Shown here one piece after another: positions 25,658-39,043 of a DNA stretch of 64,000 nt. The DNA comes from Microthyrium microscopicum (Eukaryota). Made by a program: the position numbers and the translations under genes. The first letter of the stretch is position 1. Each line of letters begins with the position of its first letter. The notes beneath the pieces were generated by a model. That model worked only from the letters and a program-made list of their open reading frames with translations, made no database searches and was not told the origin of the DNA. The DNA lies in assembly GCA_010405405.1 (NCBI GenBank), contig MU004234.1, forward strand, positions 833,275 through 897,274, written 5' to 3'.

Positions 25658-25972
25658 GTTGATTGAGGTAATGAATGTGTATTGGGCGAGTATGAATTTC
25701 TACATTGGTCAAAAGAAACAGTGAAGCCTGCCTGATCGACAAGAAATGGCAGCTGGTGGTTGGAACTTGAGAGGCGGCGAAAATGGGTTGTGATTGGTTG
25801 ATGGATTTTGCAGGGATAGGAATCCACCCCGCCAAAATTTCTGAAATTTGATGTGCTTCAATCTTTTTTTGTTCTTGACCTCTCCCTTCTCCATCCTCTG
25901 CTCTGCCCAACTTGCGCCAAACTAATTCTCTCGCCATTGCGGCCATCCGGTCTTCTCTTTTACCTCTTCAGC

Positions 25973-28900
25973 ATGGCTCAATTACAGCAACAGATTGAGC
26001 AGCTGCTTCAAGCACTGCTTCTACGTATGTTGTCTTCTATCTTTCTTTTGATGCCTAACTAACTGTCGCCCAAAAGCCGACACAGACAAAGTCAATCAAG
26101 CCACTACTGCCCTTTCTCAAAAACCAAACACAGACACCCTCGTTGTTCTCCTTCAGATTCTGACCACAACCTCCAAACCAGATGACATCCGTCAACTCGC
26201 CGGTGTTGAGGCACGGAAACGGGTCCAAGATGCCTGGCCTGAGGTTGAGAACAAGCCTGCCATTCGGTCCAAGATTCTGGAATTCGCCATGACCGACAAT
26301 TCCAAGACTCTCCGTCATTCAGCCGCTCAGATTATTGCTGAGATGGGTGCATACGACCTCGAAAACAGCGAATGGACTGATTTACCTGGTAAACTTCTTC
26401 AAGGCGCCAACAGCCCACAAGTAATGCATCGCGAAATGGGTCTATACATCATGCTTTCTCTTATCGAGAACTCCCCAGAAATTTTCATGAACGACATCGA
26501 CAAGGTCATCCAAGCTCTAGACTCTAAGATTCAGGATCCCGAGAGTATCACCGTGAGCCTTACAGCACTTGCAATCTATGCCGCTATTGCTCCAATGATA
26601 GATCCCGAGGAGAATTCAGATTCAATCACCGCCATCCAAGAAGCGGTACCCAAGATGGTTCAAGTTTTGAAAGCTGCTATTAGCTCTGGCGAAGATGATA
26701 CTGCCATGCAAGCTTTTGAAGCTTTCCAGGTGCTTCTTGGTGAATCTACCGTCTTCACCAAGCACCTCGGCGACCTTGTCAAGTTCATGCTACAAATCCT
26801 CTCCAACAACGATGTTGATGATGATATTCGTCTTCAGTCTGTCAACTTCCTTTACGAAGCTGTTGCTACTCGCAAGAATAAGATACAGGCTCTCAAGCTT
26901 GGAGAAGAGCTTGCTATGACAGCAATGCAAGTTGTAGTGCAAATAGACGAGTTTGATGAAGAGGGCGAACGAAATCCTGCAACTCAGTGTCTTGCTCTCC
27001 TCGACCTTCTTTCTGCAAATCTTCCTCCAAATCAAGTGGTGCTTCCAGTTCTCAAGGCTGTTGGCCAATACGCCACGGACAGCAACCCAACGATAAGACG
27101 AGCTGGTATCCTTGCTCTCAGTGTTTGTGTAGAAGGCGCTCCAGATTTCTTCTCTACGCAACTCAAGGAGATAATGCCGCTGGTTCTTACACTTCTCGAA
27201 GACTCTGCTCCAATCGTTCGCGCTGCAGCTTTGAAAACTGTATCTCGGTTGGCTGATGATCTCTCTGAGGACATTGCAAACTTGCACGAATCAATCATAC
27301 CTGCCATCATCAAGAACTTTGATAGCGCTGCTCAATTCATACCGTCCACAACTGACAAAGAACAAGAGGATTTCAAAGCTATTCTACTCGACTGTGCAAT
27401 TGCTATTGACTCAATGATGGATGGCATGACACCCGAAGATACAAACAAGTATACAGATGAACTTGTCCCTCGCTTCAGCCAGCTGTTATCACAAGATGAC
27501 TACAAGATGAAGATCTGCGCTTTATCTGCTACAGGTGCGATTGCCGAGTCTGCTGAAGCCGGTTTCTTGCCATACTTCAAAGACACTGTAAATTCCTTCG
27601 GTGTTATGATGGTCGCCAAGGATTCAGATGATGACCTAGAGGTCCGAAGAGCAACTACAGAGGCCCTTGGGAAAATTGCACTTGCCGTTGGCGCTGTACC
27701 ATTCAAGGATTATGTCAAACCACTCATGGAAGCATCCGAAGAAGGCCTTCATCTTGGCAACAGTGGATTGAAAGAGCAAAGCTACATTCTCTGGAGTCAA
27801 CTATCCAAGGTATATGGTGAAGAGTTTGAACCATTTTTGGATGGAGTTGTTAAAGGTCTTTTCGAAAGCCTCGAACAAGACGAAGCTTCGTCATTGAGCG
27901 ACGATGCTGAACACAAGATTGCTCAAATTCTTTCAGCTATGCAACAGAAAAAGGGCTCTAGCGTTGATGATCCTGGTTTCAAAGCACAACTGGACAATCT
28001 ACTAGGCGCTGGAGATAGTGAAGAGGGCATCATGATTGACGACTTGGAAGACCTTGATAATCCTGTCTCTGCAATCGCCATGGAAAAGGAAATTGTCCTC
28101 GAAGCAGTCGGTGATGTTCTCACGCACACAAAAACCAAATATCTCCAATACTTTCCCAAGACCATTGAGATTGTGCTCAAGCTTGTTGAGCACTCATATC
28201 CTGGTATTCAGCAGTCTGCTATTGGCACTTTATGGCGTGCCTATGCCGCTCTCTGGGATATTGAAACTGAACGTGGAATGAAAAAGTGGGAAGCCGGATT
28301 GCCTCTCAAGGTTCAGCCATCCAGTGACTTGAAGCAACTTGGAGATGTTGTTATGAAAGCGACATTGGGTATCTGGCCCAGTCAAGAAGATCGGTAAGTT
28401 TCCCTTGTTTGTCGCACTTTGCTTCCAGTTTCACCGATTGCTATGATGAACACGATGTTCGTTATACCCAGCTCACTCAGACACATTAATTGTGGTTGCT
28501 GAGAAAACGATTCTACTCTCTGAGCAATCTTATTCTCCATGTCCTATTGTATGAACAGTTCATGACAACAAATACTGATGAGGATTTAGTACTGTGGTCG
28601 CCGACATCAACCGAATGCTCGGTGATACCATGACTCAATGCGGACCTGCCCCTATTGCAGGCGAAAATGTCATCACTCAGATATGCAGCGAACTCATCAG
28701 TATCATCACCAAGAAACATGTCTGCCAAATGGATCCTTACGATGATGATGATGACTTTGGTGACAATGATGGATCTGCTGAATATGACTGGCTAGTGGTT
28801 GACAGTGCCATGGATTGCCTCGTTGCATTGGCAAAGGCTCTTGGCCCGGCATTCTCCGAAGTCTGGAAGATATTTGAGAAGCCAGTCCTAAAGTATGCCA

Positions 28901-29527
28901 GTGCTACAGATGCAACTGAGAGATCTGTGGCTACTGGAACCATGGCAGAGTGTATCCTTGCCATGGGCACTCTTGTAACACCCTACACCCAAACGCTGAT
29001 GAATGTGTCTCTTCGCCGCTTCACTGATCCAGATGCCATCACCAAAGGCAATGCTATCTATGCTACAGGCTTGCTTTGTCAACATAGTGGAGACACTGAC
29101 TACATCGAGAAGCAGTACAACACTATCCTCGGCAAATTGGAACCACTTCTTCTCGACGACACTGAAGGCCATCTTCTCGACAATGCCGCTGGCACCGTTG
29201 CAAGAATGATCATGGCCCACCCTGACAAGGTTCCGGTGGAGGAGGTTCTTCCCCGTTTGATTGAGCTTACTCCTGCCAAAGAAGATTGGGAAGTCAACGG
29301 ACCAATTTTCCAGTGCATCGCCAAACTTTGTAAGCCTTCCCATGCTTTATAATGTCTGTTCTTCTCACTAATAATTCGCAGACCAAGACTCGAATCCGAC
29401 AATTAGGCAACAGACGCCTCAAGTCAAAGCAGCTATAGAAAAAGTCCTTGGTGAAGATGAGGATCATCTGGATGAGAAGACAAGAGAGACTGTCCTTGCG
29501 TTGGTTGAGTACTTGAAGGGAAAATAG
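25973..29527 (+). CDS. KAP123: Importin beta-4 / karyopherin Kap123 (HEAT repeats); exons 25973-26024, 26077-28393, 28590-29329, 29382-29527
   Basis: IBN_N-like IRQLAGVEARK; HEAT motifs RRAGILAL..CVEGAPDF, SAEYDWLVVDSAMD and LLDNAAG. GT-AG introns join the ORFs in frame. Confidence 0.9.
28436..28529 (+). ncRNA. Intronic box C/D snoRNA, snR71/SNORD29-like
   Basis: C box ATGATGA 28443-28449; D box CTGA 28520-28523; terminal stem GATTGC/GCAATC. Guide ACCCAGCTCAC (28466-28476) precedes D' CAGA and is complementary to LSU rRNA GUGAGCUGGGU. Confidence 0.82.
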
Positions 29528-29900
29528 AGCGTTACCCTACCGCTACGTTACTAACGTTGTTTTTTGTTATGACTGCATGATGTATGGATATTCACTAGGT
29601 TGGCAGCATGGCAAGGAGGAAATGATACCACAGGATAACGAACGACCAAAACGGCTCTCGTGATGGAAATGCAATAGAAAAACTTTTCCCGGATCCCTCA
29701 TGATGCTCATAACTCTCACTTGTATTGTTCGTGTGACCAAGATTTCTTCACTGTTTTTCGGTGATATGCTAGATGTTACTAGGTCAGTTCCATATCACAT
29801 CCTCCAACTGCCCAGATACAGCTTCTGACTAACTTATCAGTTCCAGAATTTGCTGCCACCAACGCACACACACTTTGCTATCTTCCTATAGCAAGCAATC

Positions 29901-31515
29901 ATGTTCAGTCGTAATATCTCATCAACGCCTCGTTTCAGCGAGGTGCCGAGACCTATCTCTTATCCCGATAGAGAAGAAGATTTGGAAGCTAAGTCAGACC
30001 CATCTACTAACTCTAGGACTTTCCAGATCACCTCTCCTATGATCACCGCCGCTCCTCTTGTCACGACTCCCGGTCTCCCCATCCACGCTCCGTGTAAGTC
30101 ACTCCCATCGCCATCTGACTCCTGCAGTCTATCCCACTAATAAGGCTACCAGCGTCATGGTCAAACGAACTTGACGACCACTTCTCTTCCTCTCCAGACC
30201 TCTCTTTACGCCCACGTCGAGCTAAAACTATCAAGAAAAAAACCGCCACCACTAACGACAATATACCCAAAAGCACTGCTACATCGAAGACAGCATCCGC
30301 TGGTACCACTGCCAACAGCATGTCAACTATCTCAAATACATCCCTCCGCGGCAGCCCAATCTCCTCATCCGAACACCTCCTCTCCACCTCAATCTCCCCC
30401 GCCATCCCCGTCGTCCCGACAAACTCACCAGAAGACCATTCTAATGACCCGAACGTGCACACGCGGTTCCCGCCCACCCTGGTTGATGATTTGAATCGGC
30501 AGCTTGCGAGGGAGGGGTTGGTTGATACACATCCACCCGCCGTACCGCCAAATAGCACCCACCATTCTCCTACTGAATCGCCAGCCCAGCGCTCGCCAGA
30601 CAGCTCGCGGGTGTCAAATGAGGCTGCTAGACCACCGCGTCCAGATGAGTTGAGAAGACGCTTGACTGGTCTTCAGGAACAAGCTGAGCAGGGTGGGAAA
30701 GAGGAAGTCAGAGATAGTGTCGATAGTGGGGCTGATAAGAGTCCACGAAAGAAGAGACTGTCAAGACTATTTAGTTTTGGGACGAAGAACACTGCCGCGA
30801 ACATCACGGCTGCGAAGGATTTGAAAGATGATAAAGAGAATACGAAGCCGACAAAGGGGATAAAGAGTAAGAGTGGGAAGGTCAAGTTCTTTGCAAAGGC
30901 GGGGGAGCATGAGGCGAAAGGTTAGGAGTAGTGACTGTAGAATCTTGGAATTTGCTAATTTGTCCGTAGATTTCGTACAAGAGAGTCCAAAAGGCACGGA
31001 ATACGACTACCATAACGTCCGCTATAACAGCGATGGCGCAGACTTGATCTTTCCTGACCGCCCAAGTACATTGCCGTATGGTATGGGTGTTTTACCCGAT
31101 GCTCAGTCACCAGACATTCAGGCACCAGAGACTACATCACGTGCTGAAGCGAGCGCGCCTGCCAGAGTGCAGACGATGGATTCCTTTGCTACGTCTCGTG
31201 CATCTACAACTGTTGAAGACGAGGGGCATCTGGGTAGCCGGACTAGAGATTCTCTGGAGGGTAGGGGAACAAGAAAGGTAGGTTCACCTATAAAGTAGCA
31301 AGGGTTGGAGGTGCTGACGGGCACACAGGCGTCCTCACGAAGTTCATTTAAGCAGAAAGTAAAGAGAATGTTCACCCACAATGAGGATTTGTCGGATGAG
31401 GCCGTGCCCTCAAGGCCGTTCAAGCCTAGGAAGACGATCATAGTGAGACAGGATCGTGAGTCAACGGGAGTTTGCTATTTCGAGGGAGGTTGCTGATGTA
31501 TTTATTTTAGGATAA
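29901..31515 (+). CDS. Hypothetical low-complexity Ser/Pro/Lys-rich protein; predicted exons 29901-29942, 30017-30093, 30145-30920, 30970-31277, 31329-31456, 31511-31515
   Basis: ORF pieces join in frame through five short GT-AG introns with CTAAC/CTGAC-like branch sites. No recognisable domain. Confidence 0.55.
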
Positions 31516-33551
31516 CTTGATGTACGATCGTCGCGCGAGGTAATGGTTCGAAAACTGCTGGATAGTAAGGGGGGGGGCTATTGTGGAGATGGTATAATTG
31601 TTCAGAACGGATGGTATGAGAATGGCTAGGCTTGGGATTGGTAAGGTTGATAGAAATGTCTCATAATGACAATGATGAAATCACTGGAAGAGTTTTTGCC
31701 AATGTGTTTCTTGTAATGTCGTAGAGTTAGCATCAAGTCTTCACCTGAAGAAACTAAAACGTCGCTCTGCAACACTTTATACTAGTACTCAAAATCATGA
31801 ACTTGACAGCAGCAATTCATTGAAAACGGCCACCGATTCAATCCAGTATCTCCTCACGCTACATAATGCGACAGTGACCAAAGAATCTGCTTCTCGAAAG
31901 ACTTACTCCTTTGGCAACGAGAGCCATGTTTTCAATGAATGTGCAAAACCAGATTATGCTCGTAGCTGAAATACAATAACACTTTCCCTTGAGTAGAATT
32001 GGAAGACTTTCGAGCAAGATGAAGATGGCGATCTATGTTAACATAAAGCTCAGACAGCGAATCAGGTGTACATACCGAGCTGGATATCATGGCGAGCATA
32101 GATACAGAAAGATAGGAATTGGAGGGCTGAGATGTAATCGGGAGTTGTTGGGAAAGCATACCTAGACAAACATTTCGAGAGACATCGCCAATCCAAATCT
32201 CGTTACGCTGAACTCAGAAACAGAATTCATATCTACCAGTTATCACGATGGATGAACAGGATGCTTGGAGAGAATAGACCACTAAGAGACAGGTTCTCTG
32301 TACACTGCTTATCTCCCAAGACAACATATCAATAAGCTTTACTAGGTATCTAGTCCTTGTCAAGATTAAGCACCTCTTGAGTAGAAGTTTCCAGGCTGTC
32401 GAGGTATCGTGAGGCTCGGAGAATAAAAGCCGCATAATGTCGCCAAGGTTTGCTTCAACATATTATGTGAAAATATCGTACTGATCTCTCAATAGGGTCA
32501 ACATTGATCGCAAATGGTCCTTGGCAGCCTAATTGGTTGTTTCGGCTCAACTCATGGTTTTTAAATCATGAGAACCATTAAGCGATGAAGGGGAGTTATG
32601 CAAGCAGAAAGAAGCTTCAGATTCCTTCTAGAATAATCTGAGCAAACCTTGAAGCAGGTCAGAATAGCGATTGGTTTATAGGTGGGAGAAACTCAAGACC
32701 AATCGCGATGTTTGGCTTGAAAACGGAGGGGTTCTCTGCAAGAAAGTTACTCTGGGAGAAGATCATATTTGCATCGAATCTACGAGGAAATAGTTTTCTT
32801 CCTGACTGACAGCTACTTACTGGTATCGTTGTTCTGATACTGATCATTTTCTAGCTTGGGAAGTGACATGTTCTAGCACATTTATGTTCTAAAAACTATT
32901 CCTCATTTTGGTATCTACAGCGATAATTTCTTAGCAAAGTTGTATCTGTTTCTAAAGCTTGCATGCATTCTGAAATGTGGAGTACATTTCTTTCCCAATT
33001 GAGGACAGTTGATGGTGGCGAGGACGTTGCCCTGATGTTGAATCGCAGAAAATGACCACGTTGAATGGACCACTTCATGACAGGCATTCTTGGCAAAGCC
33101 CTTGGCAAGAAGTATGTTTTTCAAGCGAGAAAGTAATAGCTGGGGAGCATGACCAGAGTGGTGATGCCCAGGCTGCATTAGAAAACGTGTTGTTTCTTCG
33201 TCCTGATACCGCAACGCCTTCCGCATAGGCCAGCAGTGGGACAAGACTTGCCCTTTCGGGTCAAATCTGGAGACTGATAGAGTCTCAGTCTAGGATAACC
33301 GCATACAACATAATCTCATAGGACTATCCTGCTATTGTTTGCCATCTTGGGATCCTCTCATGTGTATCCGCTATAAAGTCATGCAGTGATCTACTCCACC
33401 AATTCTCTTGTCATCAACCAGCTTCTTCTCAATCTACTTTCTCTTCTACAATCCAGCTTTGACAGCTAATCTTGCCGGCAAGATCGTTTCTTCTTTCTTA
33501 CTCTCTTTACTTAGTTTAGCATTAGTCGATTCAATCTCCTAATCATTCACC

Positions 33552-34950
33552 ATGAAGCTCTCAGCTGTCGCACTTTCTGTCATCTTGGCCGGTGTTGTCT
33601 CTGGTTTCCCCCAGAACAAGAATGGAGGAGGATTGAGAGCCGGTGCCAACGGCAACCGAAACAACGGTAACGCCTCTGGTAACTCCACTGGCAACGGACG
33701 TGCTGGTAATAACAACAACGGCAATAACGCCAACGGAAACCGTAACGGCCAGAACAACAACGGAAACAACAACAATGGCAACAACAACAACAACGGTAAT
33801 GGCCAGAACAACAACGGCAACAACAACAACGGAAACAACAACAACGGCAACAACAACAACGGCCAGAACAACAACGGAAACAACAACAACGGCCAGAACA
33901 ACAACGGTGGCTCCAACGTTGGCCCAATCCAGAACGGCAATGGCGACCGCAACCAGCCCAGCGCTGTCAACAACGTCCAGGCTCTCCAGATGCAAAACGC
34001 TGTTGACGGATGGATGCGCGACACTGGCATCGTCTCCAACTTCTTGAACAACGGTGCCGGATACGCCGATGACCAGACCTTCCGCAACCAGGCCCAGATT
34101 GCCCACTCCGCCGAGGTCGACGAGCTCACCAACAAGGCCGTCCTCGACCAATTCATGCCAAACAACAACAACGTCAAGCAAGCCAACGCCACCCTCTCCA
34201 ACGGCGCCTTCCAACTCGTCGTCGACCAGCTCCAGCGCATGACCGACAACGGTCGCCAGGCTCAAGATGGAATCGACATCATCAACAAGGACCGATGCAT
34301 CAACGTCCTCCCCAACATTGACACCTACATGCGTGAGGCTGCCCTCACCATCGGAAACGGCCAGCCCGTCCAGCAATCTGTCCGCCCAGCGGCCTGCGCA
34401 AACATCCAGCCCGGCCAGAACGGTGCTGCTCAGGTTGGTGTTGCGCCACAAGGGGTAAGTTTCCTCGTGCAAAATCACGCGCAAGGCGAGTAGTGGGTAT
34501 TATGCTGGTTTTAGAGTTGCTATCATGGACTCATTGCGAGGACCATCTGAAAAGCATTTCTGACAGAATAATCTCCACTTCTCTCCTTTTTTTCTGTAAC
34601 TGCATGCTAACAACATTTTAGTACACCAACGGTGCTCTTCCAAACGGTCAGTCGAACACAAACCCCAACATTAAGAGCTCCCCACAAGGCGACCAGCCAA
34701 TCAGGATCAACTAGATGCCTCGACTGTGAGTATCATCGGGTGCTGTGGAATGGCACTCCATGATATCATGGGTGCTATGATATGGCACTCCATGGTATCA
34801 CAGGCGAGTGTCAACGAGTTTACTCAAGAACCTCATACTGACTATTTCGATACAGGTCAATCAAGCTTCCGCGGCAACAACAACTCTGGAAACAACAACC
34901 AAAACGGTCAAAACCAGAATGGTAACAACAACAACAACAACGGCAACTAG
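33552..34950 (+). CDS. Secreted Asn/Gly-rich protein with a helical Cys-containing core; stop at 34714 or 34950 depending on splice donor
   Basis: Signal peptide MKLSAVALSVILAGVVSG; (GN3-5)/(GQNNN) repeats; C-ending codon bias; intron 34455-34621 and a downstream acceptor at 34855. Confidence 0.8.
33709..33907 (+). repeat. (AAC)n-based coding tandem repeat encoding GNNNN/GQNNN units
   Basis: Seen directly. Confidence 0.9.
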
Positions 34951-35504
34951 AGTTGTTCTGCCCCGAAAGAAGAAACGATAGCAATCAAACTTGGATTTGT
35001 GGATAGGGTGAGAGCTCTGAAAAATTGGGACAACTGTATAGCTTCATGTGCGAATTGACTAGGAAATCGATCTATTCCGATCATTACATTCTGTGCCTAT
35101 CGTGTGAATTCTACAGGAGTTGACTTCTTTTCTCTGACGCTCAGATTTGACAAGTGCAAATTCAATGCAAACTTGTGATTTTTCGCGAAATCGAGCAGTT
35201 CCGTGGTAGGGGCATGTAGTGAGATGGCGATGGTTGATGGATTGTTTACCGTCTGAAGTTGGAGATGAACCCCTGAAACGATCTTGACGCTCAGAGCGCT
35301 GCACCTTGGCTCGTGGACTTTATGCACAGTTTTGCGGACAACTGTCGGGACTTCGTGGAAAGAAAATCATACCAGGTAATTCTTCCTCCGTTATAATTTC
35401 CAGATCTAGATTGATAGGTTCTGAAGAATGACATCTGGATGTTTTCGTAGACAGGGTGGCGTGACACCTGGAATGATATGCATTGCGCTCAACCTTGTTC
35501 AACC

Positions 35505-36831
35505 TCAGTCGAAAACAATCTTTTTGCCCGCAAACTGTGCAAGCGGAATACTCTCTTTCGCCTTCATCTGTTTCTTTGCAGCCCAGGATGGATGAAGAGG
35601 ACCGGCGTCATCTTTAATTCTCTTTCGAGATGTGGTAACAGCTTCCCCAGATTGAGCCTCCGAGTTTCTACTCGCTCGGTTCTGTCGAAAATCCCCGTTC
35701 GATGCATTTTGTTCCACAGCACCACGCTGCGAATCCCATCCTTGATCCCGGCTGCTGCTCTTCTTTTTCGTGGTCTGGTCTTCCTGGAGATGTTTTGCTT
35801 TATCCTTGTACTTCTTTTCCCATATTGCTTGTCTTGCTCTTTGCCCTCTTCGGTTTTTGCGGGGTGCAAGGTCATCGTTGATGTCAGATGCTTCGGATTC
35901 TGATCCAGATATGTAACCAACAGCGGTGAGGGAGGGCAGAAAGGTTGAGTTGTTGGTTATTTCCGGTGCTTTCGATCGAGATGATTTCTTGTTGGATAGC
36001 TTGATCACTAGCCTTGATTCTGGCTCTGACTCTGATAATGTGAGCTCGTCCATATCAGGCGAGAGAGATGCGGAGCTGTAAGATGTATTTCGTTCCTCAT
36101 CTTGCCCTATGTCACTAGCTGTACGCGGCACGTCTTTGATCTTGCTCTTTTTTTCGTCATCTACAGCAGGCGACAATTTATCGCCAGTCACCTCTTTTTC
36201 TATGGTTTGCGATGTGTTCGAAGCAGGCTTATTGGGGCTCTGTTCAAGTACAGTGGTCTCCGGTTCCTTACTAGAAGGGATTGGTTTTTTTGCTAATGGT
36301 TTGGTTGCATTTCCCTCCTCTGGATTTTTCGCATTCTGTTGCAGAAGTTCTTTGACAGACTCTACCAGCCTAGCCATCTCCTCCGCTACGCCCTTGACCT
36401 TATAAAGTCGAGCAACGACATTTGTGTTCGCGCTATCCAGTGGGTCTTCCTTTCGAGGTCGGTACGATGAGGGGATATCGTCGGAGGCGGCGATGGCTTT
36501 GACTCTCGAGAAGACTCTACGAATGTGTCTGTCGGCCATCGCAGGTATATCAAGAGTCTACAGCGATCATTAGCATCCCATCTATCTACTCTCCTCAGAG
36601 TAATACCTTGAGAGCCTGGATTTCCTGGGTGATCCTCTGAACGTCCGCGTCATTTTGAGCTTCTTTTGCGGTGTTCCACCGACGACTCAGCTTTTGCCGC
36701 TCAAACCGCTGCGCATATTGCAATGCATCAACCATTACTGCTTGGCTCTGCTTCACCACCCCCAGGATTCTGGTAGTAAGAGTTGGTGGTGCCGCATTTT
36801 TGCTTCGTGGCTCACGCTTTCGCTTGGGCAT
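35505..36831 (-). CDS. BUD22: Bud22/SRFBP1-family ribosome biogenesis protein; exons 36831-36607, 36557-35505
   Basis: C-terminal motifs RKNRRGQRARQAIWEKKY, LHPSWAAKK and FAGKKIVFD; one in-frame GT-AG intron. Confidence 0.9.
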
Positions 36832-37778
36832 GCTGGAAAATGGATGTGTAAGATCTCGGCGAGAGGTCGGAAATGTGTTGGGCTTCTGTTGACAACGAAT
36901 AACTGGGAAAAAAATATATGCAAAGAGCTCGAGATAATTTGATATTTGAACTTGGCGGGGATGGTTGGCGCGCGTTTGTGACGTCGAGATGGGCTAGGCT
37001 GAAATTAGCCGCCATGCCATACCTAGCAGGGTTCGGGGTCGGGAATGAGGCTGTCAACTGGTAGACAAAATAAGTGGCGTGCTCCCATCGACTTCGATGG
37101 CTCCCAGACGACCCATTCCGCTATCGAGTGATTTATTTCCCTGACAGGGTGTTCAGAATTGGACAGTCTATCAAGTGCAATGGAAGATATAAAATCTCTT
37201 ATTTAGTAGCGTGCGTAGGACCCGGCGGAACTAATGGGGGCACGCCAGTTATTTTGTCCACCGGTTGGCTGTTGCAACGGGGTTGTATTCCCCCATTAGG
37301 ACTAGTCACTAGGTACGTAGTACTTACTGGCAAGCCGTCGGTTGAATCATTGATCTGATATTGTACTGTACATTCGGATCTACCTTGTTAGTTCGCATTC
37401 CTCGCATTCTCCATCTCCCCGAATCGTGATTCCTAATCCCCATACTCGTTGTCTTAAGTCAACAGTTCATCCGCCTGTATCTGTCCACTCGTTACTACCT
37501 CGAACTCATGGAAAGATCCAAGTCGACTTCGGCCGTGACGCCGCAGCAGACATGCCATGATGTGCCCGGTAGACTTAACCTAGTAGTCTACGACAGATAC
37601 TTATATATATTGAGCCAAAGGCTTTTGGAAATATGTTATATCAAACTTTCACCATTCAACTCCACATTCGCACTTGATACAACGTGAACATCCCGCTGAT
37701 TTTGTCTCGTTCCCTTCAGCCTCCACAGTCGTATCCTCTGAGCCTTCGAATCCCAATTCTTCATCGTCCTCCTTCAAC

Positions 37779-38706
37779 ATGTCGTCCCATTTCACACCTC
37801 TCATGACACCACATCCGTCCAAAATTGACACTCAAGCCCTTCGTAGCAGCCAAACAGCAGTGAGTTGTCTCATCCATACCAGCAAGCGTCCGATCATCCT
37901 AACCTCATCCCCAGGTTCTCAAAGACAACTTCACCATCACCACCTGGCTCGCTCTAGGCGCTACTCTCAATGGTCTCCTATTTCTATCGATCGGCCGTAT
38001 TGCCCTCATCATCCCAGTAGTACTTCTCCTCGCCAAAACTACCGACGCCCTCTTAATGGTCTACGGTCTCAAACGCAACAGCTGGGCCAACAACGTCATC
38101 AACACCAAATTCTCTGCCCAAATCCCCGAGGATGACGGCACCTACGGTCCTACCTCCGCCTCCTCTGGCGTCACCGTTCTGCTCATCGGCGCCCGATCGA
38201 ATCATCCAATGGGCATCTTAGCTCCAGGTTTCAAAGAGGTTGGAGACTACATGATTAAGATGCAGAAAGACAGCAGCGCCCGCGCGCAAGAATACGGACT
38301 TCTAGCTTCCAGTGCATGGATGTCGACAGAGCGAGATTCCAGCAACGAGGTCATGTACGTAATGTACTTCCGCAACACTGAAGGCTTGCACAAGTATGCG
38401 CATGACGATCTACATCGCCAGGCGTGGAATTGGTGGAATAAGACATATAAGCAACACGAACATATCAGCATCTGGCATGAGGTTTTTGCCGCGCCGGCAA
38501 AGAGTTGGGAGACGCTTTATGCAAATTCACATCCGACTTTGTTGGCAGCGGCGAGTGTGGATGTTAAGACTGAGACGGGCACGCAGTTCTTTAGCCCGAT
38601 TGTTGATGCGAGTCGGGGGCTGTTGAAGAGTGCCAAGGGTCGGATGGCATGGTCGGATGGAAAAGATAATGATCGATATGGGCAGGACCCTTTTCAGGGG
38701 CTATAG
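37779..38706 (+). CDS. DUF4188 (Af470-like putative monooxygenase) family protein with N-terminal membrane segments; exons 37779-37859, 37915-38706
   Basis: Motifs LLIGARSNHPMG..APGF, YFRN.EGLHKYAH..LHRQAWNWWN and IWHEVF..WETLYAN. Confidence 0.8.
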
Positions 38707-39043
38707 AAAGCACTCTGGTTGCTTTGATGATTTCATTTCTGTGCTTGGGCTTTTGGTCTGAGTGATGGAGTTTATGTGGTAGCGAATATGGTACTAAACT
38801 GGCGTTACGACTCGGATTATGTCTCTACTGTTAGCGTGTTGTTTTGATTGAGGTTGGCGAATGATATCAACAATCAACCTGCGATCTTGTGGCTAAACGC
38901 CATACAAGATGTGTGATCATAATGAGATATGGGCGGTTGCAATTCATATCGTTGGCCAATTTGGCGAATTTAAAGCATGTTTTCGTGTCTCGATAATTTT
39001 GGCACTTTTTTCCAATAGCATGTCATGGAGTTCGACGTATACA

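Noticed and set aside
31700..33300. Scattered minus-strand ORFs, possibly a decayed gene
   Set aside because: No consistent frame, splice pattern or motif could be assembled; needs BLASTx.
33539..34484. Long antisense and alternate-frame ORFs (poly-Leu, poly-Val, poly-Cys, poly-Thr)
   Set aside because: These are shadows of the (AAC)n repeat and the biased codon use of the real plus-strand gene.
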